Below are positions 22,716 to 36,365 of a DNA stretch of 64,000 nucleotides, piece after piece (position 1 is the first letter of the stretch; each line of letters starts with the position of its first letter). A model generated the notes under the pieces. It saw only the letters and a program-made list of their open reading frames with translations, had not been told where the DNA came from and made no database searches. This DNA is from Eutreptiella sp. 'Long Island Sound 2002' (lineage: Eukaryota; Protista; Euglenida). The position numbers were made by a program, and so were the translations under genes. The stretch is taken from assembly GCA_964036045.1 (NCBI GenBank), contig OZ038378.1, positions 141,856,001-141,920,000 on the forward strand, in the 5' to 3' direction.

Positions 22716-25700
22716 GAATCTGCCAACCGAACGTCAATGTCGCGGGCTGTTCCGCGGTCTCCGTCGACGTCACGACGTACGGCAGCGGCGATGAGGTCGG
22801 CTGGTACCTTCTCGAGGCCTGCCCCCCGGTCGCGGTGTTCCCCGGCGCCTTGGCCTCGCACTCCGTGTCCTCCACGTCCGTCTGCCTGGCTCCCGGCCTG
22901 TACACCGTCGTGGCCGTGGACGCCGCAGGTGACGGTTGGGACGGGGGCACGGTCTCCGTCTCGATGGCGGGGTACGCGACGCCCCTCGTTCCCATCGCCG
23001 CGGTCCATGGGCTCGGCTTCAGCGTCCCGTTCGAAGTGCCGGAGGTCGCGAATTGCGGTGTCCCGCGCCAACCGAACGTGGACTACACCGACTGCGACCA
23101 CACGTCCGTTGGGCGCTGCAGCCCCGCGTGTCGACGCGGGTACCGCGGCACGCCCACGGCGGTGTGCGGGTCCGACGGGCGGTGGAGGTACGGGGGCGCC
23201 TGCGTGTCCGGCGCGTGGCGGTGCGCGTTTGGGACGCTGCTGCGTCTCGGCGCGGCGGGGGACGTGCACTGCTACTCGACGGACGCGCGGCGCTGCGCGA
23301 GGGTGCCCCCGCAGGTCTGCGGGGCCCTTCGCACCGAGCCTCCCCCGGAGGCGTCCATCGTGGCGTGCGGCGCGGAGGAGAGGCCGGGGGACGGGCGTGG
23401 CGAGGGGCCGGGCTGGTGTCGGTCGGTGTACACGTGGCTGTCGGACGGTGCCGCCTGCGGCGACGGCATCCAGAACGGTCTCGAGACCGGGCCGGACTGC
23501 GGCGGTCCCGCGTGCGCGGCCTACCCGGCCGGCACCCCCCGCGGCCCTGCGCCGTGTGGCGCCGGGACGGGCCCGCGCCGCTGCCCCGCAGCCCGCCCGT
23601 GCTGCTCCCGGCGCGGCGTTTGTGGGGGCGGCCCCGGCCACTGCGGGCCCGGCTGCCAGGCCAACTACAGCCACGGGGCGGCCTGCGCTCCGGACCGCCG
23701 CATGGACGCCCTCAGCCCCGCCCGACCGGACGGGGCATTGGTCGGGCGTGGGATCGCTGGTGCAAGGCCCGCTTGGCACAGGCCCGTGCCGTGGGATCCT
23801 CCCTTTTCCACAGGCACAGGCCATGGGAATCCCCTGAAAGCGCGACGTATGGTCCCTCAGGGCGAGACCCCTTCGGCGACCGTTACGCACACCCCGACGC
23901 CCACACTCACCCTGACCCCTTCGCCTTCCGCAACTGCCTCCATGACGTCCTCTAATACCCCCACGGATACCCCTTCCGAAACGCCGTCGATCACCCCAAC
24001 CTCTACTATTTCCTCTAGTTCCACCTGCACTGGAACTCCTACCACCACTCCCAGTCACACCCCCACTACAACCTCCACACCGTCTTCCACACCATCCATC
24101 ACCCCCAGCAGCACCACAACCCCCACGGATACTCCCTCTGAAACGCCATCGGGGACTCCTACTCCCACCGCTACTCCCACCGCTACTCCCACCACTACTC
24201 CCACATTTTCTATCACTGCGACCAGCGCTATTAGCCCCACGGATACCCCTTCCGAAATGCCGTCGATCACCCCAACCTCTACTATTTCCTCTAGTTCCAC
24301 CTGCACTGGAACTCCTACCACCACTCCCAGTCACACCCCCACTACAACCTCCACACCGTCTTCCACACCATCCATCACCCCCAGCAGCACCACAACCCCC
24401 ACGGATACTCCCTCTGAAACGCCATCGGGGACTCCTACTCCCACCGCTACTCCCACCGCTACTCCCACCACTACTCCCACATTTTCTATCACTGCGACCA
24501 GCGCTGTTAGCCCCACGGATACCCCTTCCGGAACGCCGTCGATCACCCCAACCTCTACTATTTCCTCTAGTTCCACCTGCACTGGAACTCCTACCACCAC
24601 TCCCAGTCACACCCCCACTACAACCTCCACACCGTCTTCCACACCATCCATCACCCCCAGCAGCACCACAACCCCCACGGATACTCCCTCTGAAACGCCA
24701 TCGGGGACTCCTACTCCCACCGCTACTCCCACCGCTACTCCCACCACTACTCCCACATTTTCTATCACTGCGACCAGCGCTATTAGCCCCACGGATACCC
24801 CTTCCGAAACGCCGTCGATCACCCCAACCTCTACTATTTCCTCTAGTTCCACCTGCACTGGAACTCCTACCACCACTCCCAGTCACACCCCCACTACAAC
24901 CTCCACACCGTCTTCCACACCATCCATCACCCCCAGCAGCACCACAACCCCCACGGATACTCCCTCTGAAACGCCATCGGGGACTCCTACTCCCACCGCT
25001 ACTCCCACCGCTACTCCCACCACTACTCCCACATTTTCTATCACTGCGACCAGCGCTATTAGCCCCACGGATACCCCTTCCGGAACGCCGTCGATCACCC
25101 CAACCTCTACTATTTCCTCTAGTTCCACCTGCACTGGAACTCCTACCACCACTCCCAGTCACACCCCCACTACAACCTCCACACCGTCTTCCACACCATC
25201 CATCACCCCCAGCAGCACCACAACCCCCACGGATACTCCCTCTGAAACGCCATCGGGGACTCCTACTCCCACCGCTACTCCCACCGCTACTCCCACCACT
25301 ACTCCCACATTTTCTATCACTGCGACCAGCACTATTAGCCCCACGGATACCCCTTCCGGAACGCCGTCGATCACTCCAACCTCTACTACTTCCTGTAGTC
25401 CCACGTACACTGGAACTCCTACCACCACTCCCAGTCACACCCCCACTACAACCTCCACACCGTCTCCCACACCATCCATCACCCCCAGCAGCACGGATAC
25501 GCCCTCAGACTCCACCTCCGCAACGCCATCGCTCACGCCTACTCCCACCACTACTCACAGTCCCACTGCCACTACAACCCCCACTACTACTCCCACTGCT
25601 ACTCCCAGCCCTACCCCATCTACAACCTCCACGCCATCCTGCACGCCATTTACCACCCCCAGCAGCACCACAACCCCCACGGCCACTCCCTCTGACACGC

Positions 25701-28700
25701 CATCGATCACTCCGACTCCCACCACTACTCACAGTCCTACTCTTACCACAACACCCACTACTACACCCACAACTACTCCCAGCCCCACACCATCTACAAC
25801 CTCCACGCCATCCTGCACGCCATCTATCACCCCCAGCAGCACCACAACCCCCACGGCTACTCCCTCTGAAACGCCATCGATCACTCCGACTCCCACCACT
25901 ACTCACAGTCCTACTCCTACCACAACGCCCACTACTACACCCACTAGTACCCCCAGCCCCACACCATCTACAACCTCCACGCCATCCTGCACGCCATCTA
26001 CCACCCCCAGCAGCACCACAACCCCCACGGATACTCCCTCTGAAACGCCATCGGGCACTCCTACTTGCACCGCTTCTCCCACCACTACTCCCACCACTAC
26101 TCCCACATTTTCTATCACTGCGACCAGCACTATTAGCCCCACGGATACCCCTTCCGGAACGCCGTCGATCACCCCAACCTCTACTATTTCCTCTAGTTCC
26201 ACCTGCACTGGAACTCCTACCACCACTCCCAGTCACACCCCCACTACAACCTCCACACCGTCTTCTACACCATCCATCACCCCCAGCAGCACGGATACGC
26301 CCTCAGACTCCACCTCCGCAACGCCATCGATCACTCCAACATCTACTACTTCCTCTAGTCCCACCCACACTGGAACTCCTACCACCACTCCCAGTCACAC
26401 CCCCACTACATCCTCCACACCGTCTTCCACACCATCTATCACCTCCAGCAGCACCACAACCCCCACGGCCACTCCCTCTGAAACGCCATCGGGGACTCCT
26501 ACTCCCACCGCTACTCCCACCACTACTCCCACATTTTCTATCACCGCGACCAGCACTATTAGCCCCACGGATACCCCTTCCGGAACGCCGTCGATCACTC
26601 CAACCTCTACTACTTCCTGTAGTCCCAGCCACACTGGAACTCCTACCACCACTCCCAGTCACACCCCCACTACAACCTCCACACCGTCTCCCACACCATC
26701 CATCACTCCCAGCAGCACGGATACGCCCTCAGACTCCACTTCCGCAACGCCATCGATCACTCCAACTCCCACCACCACTCACAGTCCCACTCCCACGACA
26801 ACTCCCACTACTACTCCCAGCCCTACCCCATCTACAACCTCCACGCCATCCTGCACGCCATCTACCACCCCCAGCAGCACCACAACCCCCACGGCCACTC
26901 CCTCTGAAACGCCATCGGGGACTCCTACTCCCACCGCTACTCCCACCGCTACTCCCACCACTACTCCCACATTTTCTATCACTGCGACCAGCACTATTAG
27001 CCCCACGGATACCCCTTCCGAAACGCCGTCGATCACCCCAACCTCTACCACTTCCTGTAGTCCCACCTACACTGGAACTCCTACCACCACTCCCAGTCAC
27101 ACCCCCACTACAACCTCCACACCGTCTTCCACACCATCCATCACCCCCAGCAGCACGGATACGCCCTCAGACTCCACCTCCGCAACGCCATCGATCACTC
27201 CAACTCCCACCACCACTCACAGTCCCAGTTCCACCACAACGCCAACTACTACACAGAGTCCCACTCCCACGACAACTCCCACTACTACTCCCAGCCCTAC
27301 CCCATCTACAACCTCCACGCCATCCTGCACGCCATCTACCACCCCCAGCAGCACCACAACCCCCACGGCCACTCCCTCTGACACGCCATCGATCACTCCG
27401 ACTCCCACCACTACTCACAGTCCTACTCCTACCACAACGCCCACTACTACACAGAGTCGCACTCCCACAACAACTCTCACCAGTACCCCCAGCCCCACAC
27501 CATCTACAACCTCCACGCCATCCTGCACGCCATCTACCACCCCCAGCAGCACCACAACCCCCACGATCACGCCCTCTGGAACGCTCTCAATCACTGTGAC
27601 TCTCACCACTACCCCCAGTGTCAGCCTCACCGCCACCGGCACTTTGACACCGACTGATAGTCCTTCCGGAACGCCATCGCTCACCCCAACTCCCACCAGA
27701 ACGTCCACCACTACTTCCACACCCACATCCACCCCAACTCCCACAGTCACGACAAGCCCCTCACCTACCCTCACTGCTACGTTCAGTCCTTCTCCCACGT
27801 CTTCTGCAACCTCAACTGACACACCAACCCATACTCCTACGCCCACTACCACCCCAAGCCTCACGCCCACTCCCTCTTTCACTTCGTCACCAACCCCCTC
27901 GGTTTCTCTAACACTTACCCCCAGTACCACCCCGACCCGGAGCGCTTCCCCCACCGTCACCCCCAGCCTGTCGCCCACCCTCACCCCCACCATCACCTCG
28001 TCATGCACCCCCTCGTGGACAACCACCCCAACTTTTTCATTGAGCCCCACTCCCACGTGCACCCGGACGCCCACTGCCACCGTCACCCCGAATCCCTCCG
28101 TTACCCCTTCGCGAACGCTGACCCCGAAACAATCCGACACCACATCACTGACCGACAGCCCCACAGCCACAATGTCCTGGAGTGGCACTGTCACAGCCAC
28201 CCCTTCGTCCAGCCCCAGCCCCACCCAGACCCCCTCACCAACCGCGACACTCAGCCACACACCCACCGCCACCCGAAGCGCATCGTTCACCCTCAGCCGC
28301 ACCATTACCCTGACTGCCTCGCCCTCCCACACCCCGTCGAGGACGCCCACTCCAACTGCCACGACCACCCCCTCGCCCTCTCCAACACCATCCCCCACGC
28401 CCAGTGCCACCCCTAGTGCTACCCTGAGCACGACTCGCACCGTCACCACCACCCCAACCCCCACTGGAAGCCCTTCGCAAACCGCTTCACCAACGATGAC
28501 GCTAACCCCTAGTCCCACCCCCACCCAAAGCCATACCCGCACTTCCACCCCTACACCCACCCTCACCCCAAGCCCGTCCGCCAGTGCCACTCCCAGTACC
28601 AGCCCCACGCCCAGTCCCAGTGCCACCCCCTCATCATCCACCAGCGGAACCGGCACAGTGCTCCCGACAGCAACAGCCACCCCCAGCTCCACCTTCACCC

Positions 28701-31700
28701 TGACCCCCACGTCGACCGCCACCGTGACCTTCACCCCCTCCCAGAGCCCCACGGCATCGCAAAGCCCCACCGAGACAAAGACGGTGGGGGGCACCAACAC
28801 TCAGACTCAGACCCGGACGCCGACGCCAACCTACACACCCTCCGGCACCCCCTCCCTCTCCCCAAGCCCCTCGTCCACCCCAAGTCCATCCGCCACCCTC
28901 ACCTCCTCCTCCACCCCATCACCGACCCACAGCCCGACCCCGACGCGCACCGCCTACGTCACCCCGTCCATCAGCCCGACCGTCACCCTGACCCCGACGC
29001 CTTCCCCTACGCCTTCACCGACGGCCATCGGGACCCGAACAGCCACCGGCTCCCGGACCGCGACGGTGACAGTCACGCCCACCGCCTCGCGAAGCCAATC
29101 GGACACCCGATCCCGCAGCCCCACAACGACCGGGACGCCCACCGCGACGGCGTGCGCCACCGGCACGCAGACCAGGTCCTCGTCCGCCACCACGACCCCC
29201 ACCCCCACCCGGACCCGCACGCCGACGTACACCCACACCCCCACGTACACCTCCACCGCCTCTCTAACGGGCAGCCGCCCCCCCACCGCCAGCGCCACGG
29301 GCACGCCCACCGCCACCGCCGTGCCCACCCGCACCGCGACCCAGACCTCCACCGCGGAGCTGGTGCTGTGCACCGCCGGGGGCGCGGCCCCGAGCGTCAC
29401 TGACGGGCAGCTGCTGCTGGTGACCGGGCCCGGCCTGTGCGTCGAGTCCGTCGGCCTCGGGCCGGGCTCCACGTTCCTCTTCACGAAAGAAGTGCGCGTG
29501 CACGTCATCGCCCTAAACGGCGCCGCGAACCTCGCGCTGGAGGCCGGGTGCGCGGCCCCGCCGTGCGACTGGAACTTCACCGCCGCCGATCAGGGGCGGT
29601 CGGTCGCCGCGCTGCTCGACGCCACCCCCAACGTCACCGTCCTCCTCCTCTACTACCCCCCCGCAACCGCCGCCAGCCGCCGCGGGGCCGGCCCCCCACG
29701 GGCCGCGGCGGACACCCTCACCGCCCTCTTCATCGTCGTCCACGGGCCCTCGGTCGCGTTCTTCCTGCTCCTGCTCAGCGGGTTCCTCGCGGGGCTGCCG
29801 GTCTGGCTGGCCCTCGCGCACTGGCACGCGCGCCGCATGCTCAACACGGAGGTGAAGCCGAAGTACTGGGAGACGCACCACGACTGGCCCCGCTGCATCC
29901 ACCCGCGCTGGGCCAACCCCTGGATGGAGGTGGGGCTGGCGCTGGGCGTCTACCTCGTCGTGGGCGGGCTCCTCTGCCTCGGCGTGACCTGGGCAATGCA
30001 CCACTCCGAGGCCCCGGGCTGCCCCCAGGTCTGGTGCTGGGCCGCCACCGCCGCCGCCGGGGGCCTCGTGCTGCTGGTCCTGGGGCCGCGCGCGCTGCGC
30101 GACGACGCCGTCCACATCTGCCCCGCGTGCGACCGCCCCGTGTCGGCCTGGCGGTTCCGGGAGGCGTACCTCGCGCCGCTCCCGGCGGACCACCCGGCGG
30201 CCGCGCCCGCGGCGTGGGAGCGGAAGGGGCACCGGCGGTGCATGGCGTGCCGGCGGTGCGGGGGCGTGGTCTGCCACGGGCAGTGGCCGGACGGCCCCGC
30301 GCACCGCCCGTACCACGTCGGGTGCTGGGAGTACCTGGTCAGCGACGTGTGCTCCGGCGACGAGCGCGCGGCGGCGTGGCTGGCGAGCGAGCCCGGCCTG
30401 ACGGACCTCGAGCTGGCGTTCGTGCTGGCGGCGGCCATCGAGGCGGGCAGCGAGGCCGTCGTGGAGCGGCTGCTGGACCACTCGCCGGGGCTCCAGGACC
30501 ACCCGCTGCCAGGCGCGCCCAACGCGCGGCACTGCGCCGCGCGCTGCGGGAACCTCGGCGCCCTCCGCGCGCTGCTCGCGCGCCGCGCGCTCCCCGGGGG
30601 CCGGGGGCCGGGCTTCCTGGACGACTTCGCGCAGGCGGACGTGCCGGTGCACGCGCTGCACGTCGCCGGGCTGGACAAGGGGAAGGGGAACGACGTGTAC
30701 GTGCACCACCCGCCGCTGTACTACAACGGGCACCCCGTGTACGTCGGCCACGCCACCGGCCACTACATCTACTACTTCACGGGGAAGGGGGGCGACGGCT
30801 GGTGCCTGTCGGACTTCCTCGGGAACGGGGACACGGAGTTCCGGCTGCTGCTCGACCCGGTGGTGCTGGCGCCCGGGGCCGACGACGACGCCAGCGCCGA
30901 CGACGACGAGTCGGCGTCGGCGTTCCCGTCTTTCGGCCCCAAGGCGGGGTCGTGGCGGCACGGCTACTTCTCCCAGCCGCACCTGATCCCCAAGCGGCAG
31001 AAGTCCGAGAAGCGCAAGAAGTGGAATTGGCCGGAGGTCAAGGTCCGCTGGCGGAGCCCCGACTCCTCCGGCGCCACGCAGAAGGGGTCGGACGCGCAGC
31101 TGCCCACGGGGCCCTTCCCGCACCTGATCTCCGGCATCCCCGTCGCCGAATCGTTCCACAGCCCCGCGCCGGCCCAGGACAAGCCCAAGAAGACGCAGGA
31201 GGACCTCCGGCTGCGGGTGGTCCCGCACACGAAGTCGCTCCTGGAGGCCGCCGCGCGCTCGGGGGATCCCGCGACGGTCCTGTACGTCGTCGGGCTGTAC
31301 AAGGAGCACTGCCCGCAGTGCCTCTCGTGGCAGTACTACGTCGGCGACGGCCTGTGGGGCACGTACCCCCCCGCCGTCCAGCGCGACATCGGCGAGGCGG
31401 CGGCCCGCGGCCTCGGGGGCCTCACCATCAAACTGGAGAAGGCGGAGGTGGAGCTGCGCCTGGACGCCCTCGAGCACCGCCGGGGGGAGGCGGTGCAGCG
31501 GATGCGGTGCCAGCTCGCCACGATGTTCCAGTACCCGACGCGGGACGGGGCCTGGGCCGTCGACTCGCGCCCGACGCACGTGGACTGGGACGCGGCGTAC
31601 GTCCTGCACGCGGCCGGGGCGCTGGCGGTGGTGGCCCCGGACCGCCGCACGCTCGCGCTGCTCGTCGACGAGGGGGCCGTGGACCCGTCGCTGTGGGAGC

Positions 31701-32800
31701 CCCCGTGCAAAGACGCGAAGTTCCGGCAGTGGGCCCTGGAGCCGCCGCCGGAGCTCCGCGCCGCCGAGCGGCCCGAGGCCCTGGGCCCCGCCCCCCCGGC
31801 CCCGGCGTACGTGGAGCCGGGGCTGCCGCCGGATGCACCGCCCGCGGCGTCGTCGTGCGACCCCGACGCGCCCGGGCTCTGCGTCACCGCGGCGCAGCCC
31901 AATGCAGAGCCGAAGGCAGGCACCCCCCCACCGGACGGCGCAGAGGCCGCCGGGGGACCCGCAGCCGCACCGCAGGACGCGGCTGCGCCGCCGCCGTCGG
32001 ACTCGCCGGCGGGCTCCGTCCAGGCCCCACCTGCGCCCGACGACGCGGACAAGGACCCGTGCGCACTCCCGCGCGCGAATGCGGACGCGCAGGGGCTGCC
32101 TGACGAGCAGCAGCCGCAGGGGCCCGCGCCCGCGCCCGCGGCCGCCGACATGCGCACCGGTGCGGATGCCCACAGTAACACGACGTTGGATGTGGACAGC
32201 GACGCAGACGCAGACGCAGACACGAAGCCGCAGTCGAACGAGAAGAAGAAGTCGCATGCACCGCCCCCGGTCACTATCTCGCCGCCGTACGGTGATGCGG
32301 AGGCCGGGACTTGCAGCCAAGAGAACCCCGGCCCACCGCACAGCCCCGTCACACCGCACAGCCCCGTCACGCCACGCAGCCCCGTCACCCCAGGCTCACC
32401 ATACGGCCCCTGGAAACCCTCGAAGCAGCTCAGCACTGTGACACGGCGCATGCAGTGGTACTGGTTCGACCAGGTCCTCAGGAACTTCTTCGTGAGGGCC
32501 TTCCCGGAGCCAGACCCCAACGTGGAGGACATGCTGAACGTGCGGCGGCAGTCCTGGCAACCCGGGACCGCGCTGCCGCGGCCCACGGGCAGAGGGCCTC
32601 GAGGGGGGGCGGCGGGCGACAGCAGGTTCACAGACGGCCTGGAAGCGCCGGACGAGAGCCCGCGCAGCGAGTTCTATGGGGCAGACTACTCCTGCGACGT
32701 TGGGACGCTCGACTTCTGCATGAAGCTGCCTCGGAATCCGTTGGGGTTGCCATTCTTGCAGTTTCCCATCGTCGAGATGTGCCGGGAGGCCGTCATGAAG
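22716..32800 (+). CDS. Giant receptor-ADP-ribosyltransferase, exon 2 (10085 nt): Cys-rich modules, hevein-like domain, mucin stalk, TM helices, LIM-like, ankyrin-like, WWE
   Basis: Acceptor CCCAG|GA, phase 1, matches exon 1; lies within the 3416-aa open frame; donor ATGAAG|GTGTCT, phase 0. Confidence 0.9.
23960..25500 (+). repeat. Coding tandem repeat, 276-bp (92-aa) unit, about 5.5 near-identical copies
   Basis: Unit starts at 23960, 24236, 24512, 24788, 25064 and 25340; the antisense shadow ORFs recur every 276 nt. Shuffled variants continue to ~27600. Confidence 0.93.
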
Positions 32801-33900
32801 GTGTCTACACACGCTCCCATGGCCCTCGGAATGAGCGAAACCCGTGTCAAGAGTACCGTGGCGGGGGGGGGGGGATTTGGAATAGGCGAAATGTGGTACA
32901 ACAAAATTGTACCAAATTTTGCCATGTACCAAATTCCCACGGTATTTAAGGACTAGAGATTCGATTCTACACATGCTGAACAGTGGCCGAGCCGTTTATC
33001 CGGTCAACCACTGCGCTAGACTGCAGACTCACTGCTCTCCATCGCTCGTAGATGTAGGCTGCCAGAATTTTGTACCAAATATTGCCGTGGTATTTAAGAA
33101 TTCATACCAAAATTTCACTACACCGAATTTTTGCCATTGCAAATTTTGCACATTCCAAATTCTCCCCTCCTCCCCCTTTAGTCGCTGTGCCTGTTCCGTG
33201 ATGGCATCAGCGCCTTCTTATTCTCCTCTGGTTTTTGTGTTGGATCACGCGTCATTGTTGCCTCCTTGTGCACTCGTTCTGTCACTTGCTCGTTGTGGGG
33301 CGTGCAGACCGGGGCGACACAGTGCGAAGGGGTCAAAGCGTGCGGCGTGCACTTGACAGCCCGAGCCTAACCTTTGAGCCATATTTCCTTCACAACTCCA
33401 CCCGAAGTGACTGTGATCATGGAAGCAGGTATACACTGCGCAATGTGCCCAAGAAAGACATGGTAGCCCCCTGTTTCGTACTCTCGGTGGGCGGGGTGCG
33501 TGGTGTGCAGTGTCGAGTGCTCCCTCCCCCGTCAGCTTGGCCCCGATACTCCGTCTCTGTCGGCCAAGCCCTCAGGGCCGACCGCCGGTTGATGGTGAGC
33601 AATGGCCAAGGCCCTGTATGTCCCATCGGTTGACGGAGTAGACCGGACACCCGGACGGCCGGTTGTCTGCGAGCCGGCGTGTCTGCTGACATCCTTGTCC
33701 CGTTTCTTTCAACAAGCTCCATGAGCTGACCCCCACATGTCAAGGGTCGGGGGGTAGCAACGCAGCAAAGGCTCACGTGCCAGTGCTTCCCGAAGTTGAA
33801 GTTGAGAGATCACATCGTTCATCGGTGCACGTTCGACTTGTCTGGGGTGTTTGCGTGTCCGCATGCGATTGTTTGTGTGCTTTTGCCCATGGGCGGTCAG

Positions 33901-34173
33901 GTGCACGAGCTGCAGCGCCAGCGCGTGACCCTCAGCCCCCTCCACATCCTCCCAATCTACGTCTACACCTACGAGCTCACCGGCGATGGGGAGCAGATCT
34001 ACAGCGCCATGAATCGCGCCATGCGGCTGCACGACGAAGAGGCCATTGATTTCTGGCGCCCTTTGATCTGGCAGATCGACCGGGTGCTGCTGCTGCTGCC
34101 CCCGAAGAGGGCCAAGTTGTACCGTGGCATTGGCGTCCACTTCAATGAGACGAGCTACAAGACAGGGTCGCAG
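33901..34173 (+). CDS. Giant receptor-ADP-ribosyltransferase, exon 3: ART N-terminal part with catalytic Arg (LYRG)
   Basis: GGTCAG|GTG acceptor and TCGCAG|GTGTCA donor, both phase 0; YTYE..IYSAMNRAMR..KLYRGI. Confidence 0.9.
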
Positions 34174-35739
34174 GTGTCAGCTGTTTCGCGTGGCCCAAGT
34201 TGTACCACCCCATCTCTATGCCCGACTACCCTGGCGCCTTGCCCACCGTGCATCTTGTGCGTCGTGGTCGGCAGGTCCCCACATCCCCTGACCCGGTTCG
34301 GAGCGGTTGGGGCTCCCAGTCCTGCCTTTGGTTGGTCACCTGTGTTAATAGATGGAGAAGGAGGTGACCACGATGACGAATGGCGTGACAGCGCATACAG
34401 TTAAAACTTAGAACAAGGTAGCACAGAATGAATGAAGGCACATGCAATCAAACAATTGTACACATTCAGTGCTGTTCACCATGACACAGGGTATCCTTTG
34501 GCAATCATCCATGAAGACACTTTGTGTACATTCCATGTCACCAACGACTGTTTTTGGAAAGGGGATTCGCAGCAAAGGGTGCACCATGCAATGATACATC
34601 CAACATTCGTTTTTGGGAAGCTGGCCATCCAACATGCGTTGCAGTCCTATCAGTATGTCATATGTATGTGCACGCTTATATGCGCAAATGCAGACACTCA
34701 CGACAGCACCGGGACTGATTCTATGGGCCACGCGCAAGGCGCTTTGGAACCTCCAATGTAACGTTTCGGCCGGGGGACTACATTCTCCTGAAACCTCCGT
34801 TCAGCTTTGGGTGTCCAAGATGTGAGATGTGGGAGCCGCTCCAGGAACGGCACCCGAGCCTGCGCAACTTCCAAGCAGTGTTACCACACTTTTTGCAGCA
34901 AGGCAAACTTTTGCCCACGCACTTGGCACCATTGGTATGCTTTGCCGTGCACCCCACCCAACGCATCCGGTGAATCCCCAAAACTCACCGTTTTATTGTT
35001 TGCTTGTTTGACCTGGTGGATTGTTGCTCGCAGTCCGTCGTACTATTGATTTGTCTTTCATCAACCTTCAGGGGGGCACTGAATTCCCCACTCCCTATGC
35101 ATGGTCCGCTTGCAAAAAGAGGCAGCCCTAAAACATCCTTACCATTTTCAAACTGCATTTTCGACCCACATTTACAGCTCTGACACTGTGCGGGGATTCC
35201 CATGCAACCAACAACATATCGTAAGCACCAGCAGATTGGGACAATTTTTTTCAAACCGATGGCTCCCAATCAGGTGGTGTGTACATACCGTGCAAGGAGG
35301 GTGGGGTAGCAGGTGAGGAGTGCCAACACCGCATGAAATTGTGCAACATCGAATACGGTCGTTGGGCCACCGCATGACCGTCCATCGATCGGCCAATGTC
35401 TCTCATGATTCTCCCCACTATGGGGTCCTCGATGTTGGCCAATTTTTTGCAAATATAATTTGTGCGCCCACTACGGGCTGGCCCTCCATGTGGGCAAAGT
35501 GGTTTAATCCTCGCTGAACCCTAACCCGGTGATCAAAGGTGTTTGTTCATCATCTCGGTTGGTTCCAATGCAAATGGCCCCCTCCAAGGACATGCTAGGC
35601 ACCCAAACCGCCCCCAAAAGGGCATTTTTGGGCTATTTTTGACAGATTTTAAAAACCTAGGTCCATTCGCGGCCGCCACCATTGAGTTTCTTGCTCAAAT
35701 TATGTGGGATGACACCTCACACCCACAGCTATCATCCAC

Positions 35740-36365
35740 CAAAATCACCTCGAAGAGAGGTTTTTAAATCAAGCGCAGGTGCGGGCGTCGTATACCCCCC
35801 CCCCCCTTTTGGGGTCATTCGCGTAGCATACCCCAAGGCATGATATTTCATGTCCAACCCCTTGTAAAATCATTATTTTGCCCAATAAGAGCATCCATCC
35901 CCCAATGGACTTTTTGATTCTGAGGCCTCTGTCCCCTAAAACTGGATATCACTTTTTTGGGAGGGGGGGGGCTGGGGGGGGGTCAAAAGTTTTCGCCTAG
36001 AAGGCTCCAAGCAGTGGAGAGGCATATCGCTGTCACATCAGACGCCGGTCGAATGGTAACGCACCCGACTTCAAAGTTTTAGGCCGGCGCTTTGAATCGT
36101 GGTCGGTTGACTGTCGCCGGCGGCGCCATATTCGCCCGAACGGGGTTCGAACCGCCGACGGTGAAGTTCTGGCCGGCTGCATTACCATTCGGCCACTGCT
36201 TGTCCGGAGGTGAAACATCTCCCCACTGCTTGAAGCCGCGTCTGCCATTGACAAAAAATCCAAACTGTGTGTTTCTGTCTGACTGACTGCTGGCCTGGCT
36301 AAGGGACTGATTGGCTGACTGTCAGCTTCTCTTCGAGGTGCACTGCCGGAGGCAATAGAATTTGG
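35740..36365 (+). repeat. Dispersed repeat family A, copy 1 (contains inverted tRNA-like modules)
   Basis: Shares aaatcacctcgaagagagg, cccaatgga.ttttttgatt, tcaaaagtt and g.aggcaataga with 45560-46142 and 57560-58190. Confidence 0.88.

Noticed and set aside
23960-25500. CRISPR-like regular array
   Set aside because: Units are wholly repeated and protein-coding, with no unique spacers; eukaryotic context.
22703-32359. Long antisense and alternate-frame ORFs (911, 948, 888, 461 aa and the 89-aa series)
   Set aside because: Shadows of a GC-rich, repetitive sense exon; low-complexity products without domains.
32801-32956. C-terminal 51 aa of the 3416-aa ORF
   Set aside because: Read-through into intron 2; composition changes at a GT donor whose phase matches the ART exon.
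36044-36197. Functional tRNA genes in family A repeats
   Set aside because: A and B boxes are present but acceptor and anticodon stems do not form a cloverleaf; treated as tRNA-derived.
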